Below the pieces are notes generated by a model. The model ran no database searches, was not told the origin of the DNA, and saw nothing but the letters and a program-made list of their open reading frames with translations. This document shows, one piece after another, positions 61,459 through 64,000 of a stretch of DNA of 64,000 nt. Source of the DNA: Psammoneis japonica (lineage: Eukaryota); assembly GCA_008632985.1 (NCBI GenBank), contig QPGO01000022.1:310001-374000 (forward strand), in the 5' to 3' direction. The position numbers and the translations under genes were made by a program. Numbering within the stretch: position 1 is the first letter of the stretch; the number at the start of each line of letters is the position of its first letter.

Positions 61459-62376
61459 TGTTCTTACCGAACAGCAGCGCAGAGATGATCTACAAAGAAT
61501 GGAGAATAGCTCTAGCTAGAACAGCGCGGTGCCTAGAGAGTAGAAGTACGATGGCAGATAGCAGGTACTTACCGTGAACACACAACATCAAGGTGGTGGT
61601 ATGGTAGCCCTAGCCCTAGGTCTTGAAATCTTTTGAGTTGCCCGACCAAAAAATACAGTAACCACGTCATCAATGTACATAAATAATAATACAAAAAATG
61701 TTGTTTATGAATCGCGAATAGCAAACGGCCTCGTCAAGACATTTTGGCAACTCCAACAAGAGCCAAAACAGACCGACCCCGCCCGGCATACCATACGGTA
61801 GCATAGCCCTAGGCCTACCGGTACATCAAACAGACTACAGTACAAAAATCGACGACCAGATTCTTGGTAGACAGATAGATTAGATCCACATGCAAACTTA
61901 GAACTAACTACAGTAATGTACCTACTCTCTAGCTAGAGCTAGCTATCGTACTAGAATGTGAAGGCAGAAGAATCGCTAAACAATCACTGACGCACGCGGC
62001 AGCTGTTGTCTACATCACCGGTACTACGATCTCCTGCGACGTTCGATGATATTCTCTGACGGAAAGAAACCAATCACATGATAGCACGTCGTCATCATGT
62101 CCGTCCTGTACATACTGTAGGGCCATACGCACGGTCAGGGCTCCCACAGATGGTACCATACTCGCACGTAGTCAAAGGCTATCAACCTCTATGATAGGGC
62201 CTATTGTAGCGAGACTGATTGGCTCAAGATGCCACAAATGGTCAACTCCGAGCTATGAGTCATCCTCTGAAACAACCGGGATCGGTTGACTCAAGAAACG
62301 CCACAGATCCTTGAAGTCATACTTAGCAAGATCACTGAGTCGACTGCAAGTACGCAATGGCGACGAAAAGCCAGAT

Positions 62377-63672
62377 TCAGGAAGCTAGGCTAGGTCTGAC
62401 ATTGGGAGGCTGTTGTAACTCTGTATCTTCGATCCCATTCGCAGTGATGGCAAAGGTTGCCGTAAGGTTTTTGGTATTGTCATGGCACCGCTTTGTAGGA
62501 TGATTTTCTAGGTTTGCGCGGATCGTCCGCTGAGAAGATATTTCCAAGCTTGGCACTTTCTCTTGACCAGCCCAAGCATCATCACTCAGAGTTTCGAACC
62601 ATAAGTTTACGTCCGCCACTCTCCAATATTGGCCCATTGCTGGCTTGAATGAGTTGCCATCCTTAGATGAAACCGTGCTGTTTGTCACCAAGACCGCTGC
62701 ATCGTACTGTCGACTGATTCTTTTGAGCTCATCGGCTACCTGCCGAACCAAGGATATACTAGCTCCACGATCTCCAGAGGAATACAAGCGTTCTGACAAG
62801 CAACCAGACACAGAGTCCAGAATAATGAGTATTGGTGTTCGAGTTGACACGTCGCCGTCCATCGCTGACTCCAAGCATGAGCTTTCGATTTCTGACAAGG
62901 ATGTCAATACGTCGTGTGCATTAGAAACCATAGTAAACGTGACGCCTTGACACACCTGATTGATGAGTGAATCGTCCTTGCAAGTTTCCTTGCAAATGTA
63001 CTTCAATCGAAATGCGAGCGGAAGGAGTGCTCCACTCCCTAAATAGAAAACACTCGTTCCTACATACTTTGTCGCATGCCTAGCAGCAGCGGCAAGAGCC
63101 ATCTGCGTCTTGCCACTGGCCGGTGGACCCGTTACCTGTGTCACGTACCCGAAAGGAATACCGCCGCTTTCGATATAATCTCCTACAGAACTGTTTCGCT
63201 CCGCATGCAGCAGCGAAAATCTGGAGTACTCTTGTGGAAAGCCCAACAACTGGTCCAGTTGATGGCTGCCAGTGGAAAGACTATGCTGGCCGACACCTCC
63301 GAGGGATTCAAAGCAACACAACTCCCGTGCCGTGACAGATCCTGGAATAAAAGCGGAATTATGATTTGCTTCTCGGACTTCAGCTTGCTCGTTGGAGTCC
63401 ATTGGATCATTTGATAATTCGTCTTTGTTTCCAAGGCCCCCGAGGGATCCGTGAATACGAAGCGCTCTCTTTCCGTTTTCACCGTTTGCAATGACGGCGT
63501 CTGCGACGTCTTTGCGTAGCCTCAATAGTTCATCAATCGGAACGGCCATACTTTGCGCCAAATTCGATGGATCTCTCGATAGCAAGGCCTGGGGTGTTTC
63601 AATGGGAGGCTCGAGCAGGGAAAGTTTGTCTCGAATCAACTGGTGGACGGCGATAGACGATAGGGTTGGCAT
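62377..63672 (-). CDS. RAD51D: RAD51 paralog, RAD51D-like
   Basis: LSTGSHQLDQLLG, Walker A GPPASGKTQ, Walker B LIILDSVS, AVLVTN and KPAMGQYW. Confidence 0.72.
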   Translation of the reverse strand: MPTLSSIAVHQLIRDKLSLLEPPIETPQALLSRDPSNLAQSMAVPIDELLRLRKDVADAVIANGENGKRALRIHGSLGGLGNKDELSNDPMDSNEQAEVREANHNSAFIPGSVTARELCCFESLGGVGQHSLSTGSHQLDQLLGFPQEYSRFSLLHAERNSSVGDYIESGGIPFGYVTQVTGPPASGKTQMALAAAARHATKYVGTSVFYLGSGALLPLAFRLKYICKETCKDDSLINQVCQGVTFTMVSNAHDVLTSLSEIESSCLESAMDGDVSTRTPILIILDSVSGCLSERLYSSGDRGASISLVRQVADELKRISRQYDAAVLVTNSTVSSKDGNSFKPAMGQYWRVADVNLWFETLSDDAWAGQEKVPSLEISSQRTIRANLENHPTKRCHDNTKNLTATFAITANGIEDTELQQPPNVRPSLAS

Positions 63673-63879
63673 GATGATGTGATCGATCCTTTCGCGTTGT
63701 CATTGCTGGCTGCTGGCTTTTATTATTTCCGATGCACGCATGCCATGGTGCGTGCGTGCGTGCGTGCGTGCGTGAATGTGAGAGATTGCCGTCTGTCGTC
63801 TGTCTACAGCATCTCCGACCTTGGCGCGAGAAGCTCAAAGCTCAACAGTACTATGGTAGGTAGATAACATACCTTACCG

Positions 63880-64000
63880 GCATGCCTCTCTCCTTGCTCT
63901 CTCTAGAGCCACTGTAGAGTAGCTCTCTCTCTCTCTCTCTCGAGAGTAGAGTAGAGTGAGTAGTAGCTACTCTACTAGAGAGTAGGCTCTACTCTAGCTC
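63880..64000. repeat. Intergenic low-complexity CT/AGAGT/CTAG patch
   Basis: (CT)n, gagagtagagtagagtgagtagtagctactctactagag. Confidence 0.65.

Noticed and set aside
61603..61620. TAGCCCTAGCCCTAGG as interstitial telomere
   Set aside because: Only about two units of a non-canonical hexamer within a general CTAG-rich patch.
57500..63672. RAD51D/ATG6/cupin genes as a functional cluster tied to the island
   Set aside because: Unrelated housekeeping functions. Adjacency alone is no evidence in a gene-dense eukaryote.
63747..63775. (GCGT)n microsatellite upstream of the RAD51D-like gene
   Set aside because: Short simple repeat with no further support for function.

Overview
Eukaryotic nuclear DNA, most likely a diatom (inference from short GT-AG introns, ASAFAP-like plastid presequences and Copia RTs with QVDD). 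Two gene-dense arms (1-20.1 kb and 57.2-64 kb) carry about 15 host genes: UPF0489/C5orf22-like, a PDZ/PHD protein, DUF2061, an NBD-only Hsp70, an ADP-ribosylglycohydrolase, ZPR1, a cupin, ATG6/Beclin-like and RAD51D-like. Between them lies a ~37 kb island with no recognisable host gene. It is bounded by two full-length tyrosine-recombinase retrotransposons with split direct repeats (Ngaro/PAT-type A1-ORFs-B1-A2-B2) and filled with decayed Copia elements and an RNase H-bearing LINE fragment. The most striking signal is the island's mutation pattern. Besides the expected CpG->TpG/CpA decay, TpA is converted to TpG/CpA. This is visible directly between paired repeat copies, appears faster than CpG decay in the best-aligned pair, and spares TCTAGA/TTTA contexts. 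It points to a repeat-targeted mutational system running opposite to fungal RIP. Host intergenic DNA is, conversely, rich in TA words and in the palindrome TACCGGTA. All alignments and counts were done by eye.
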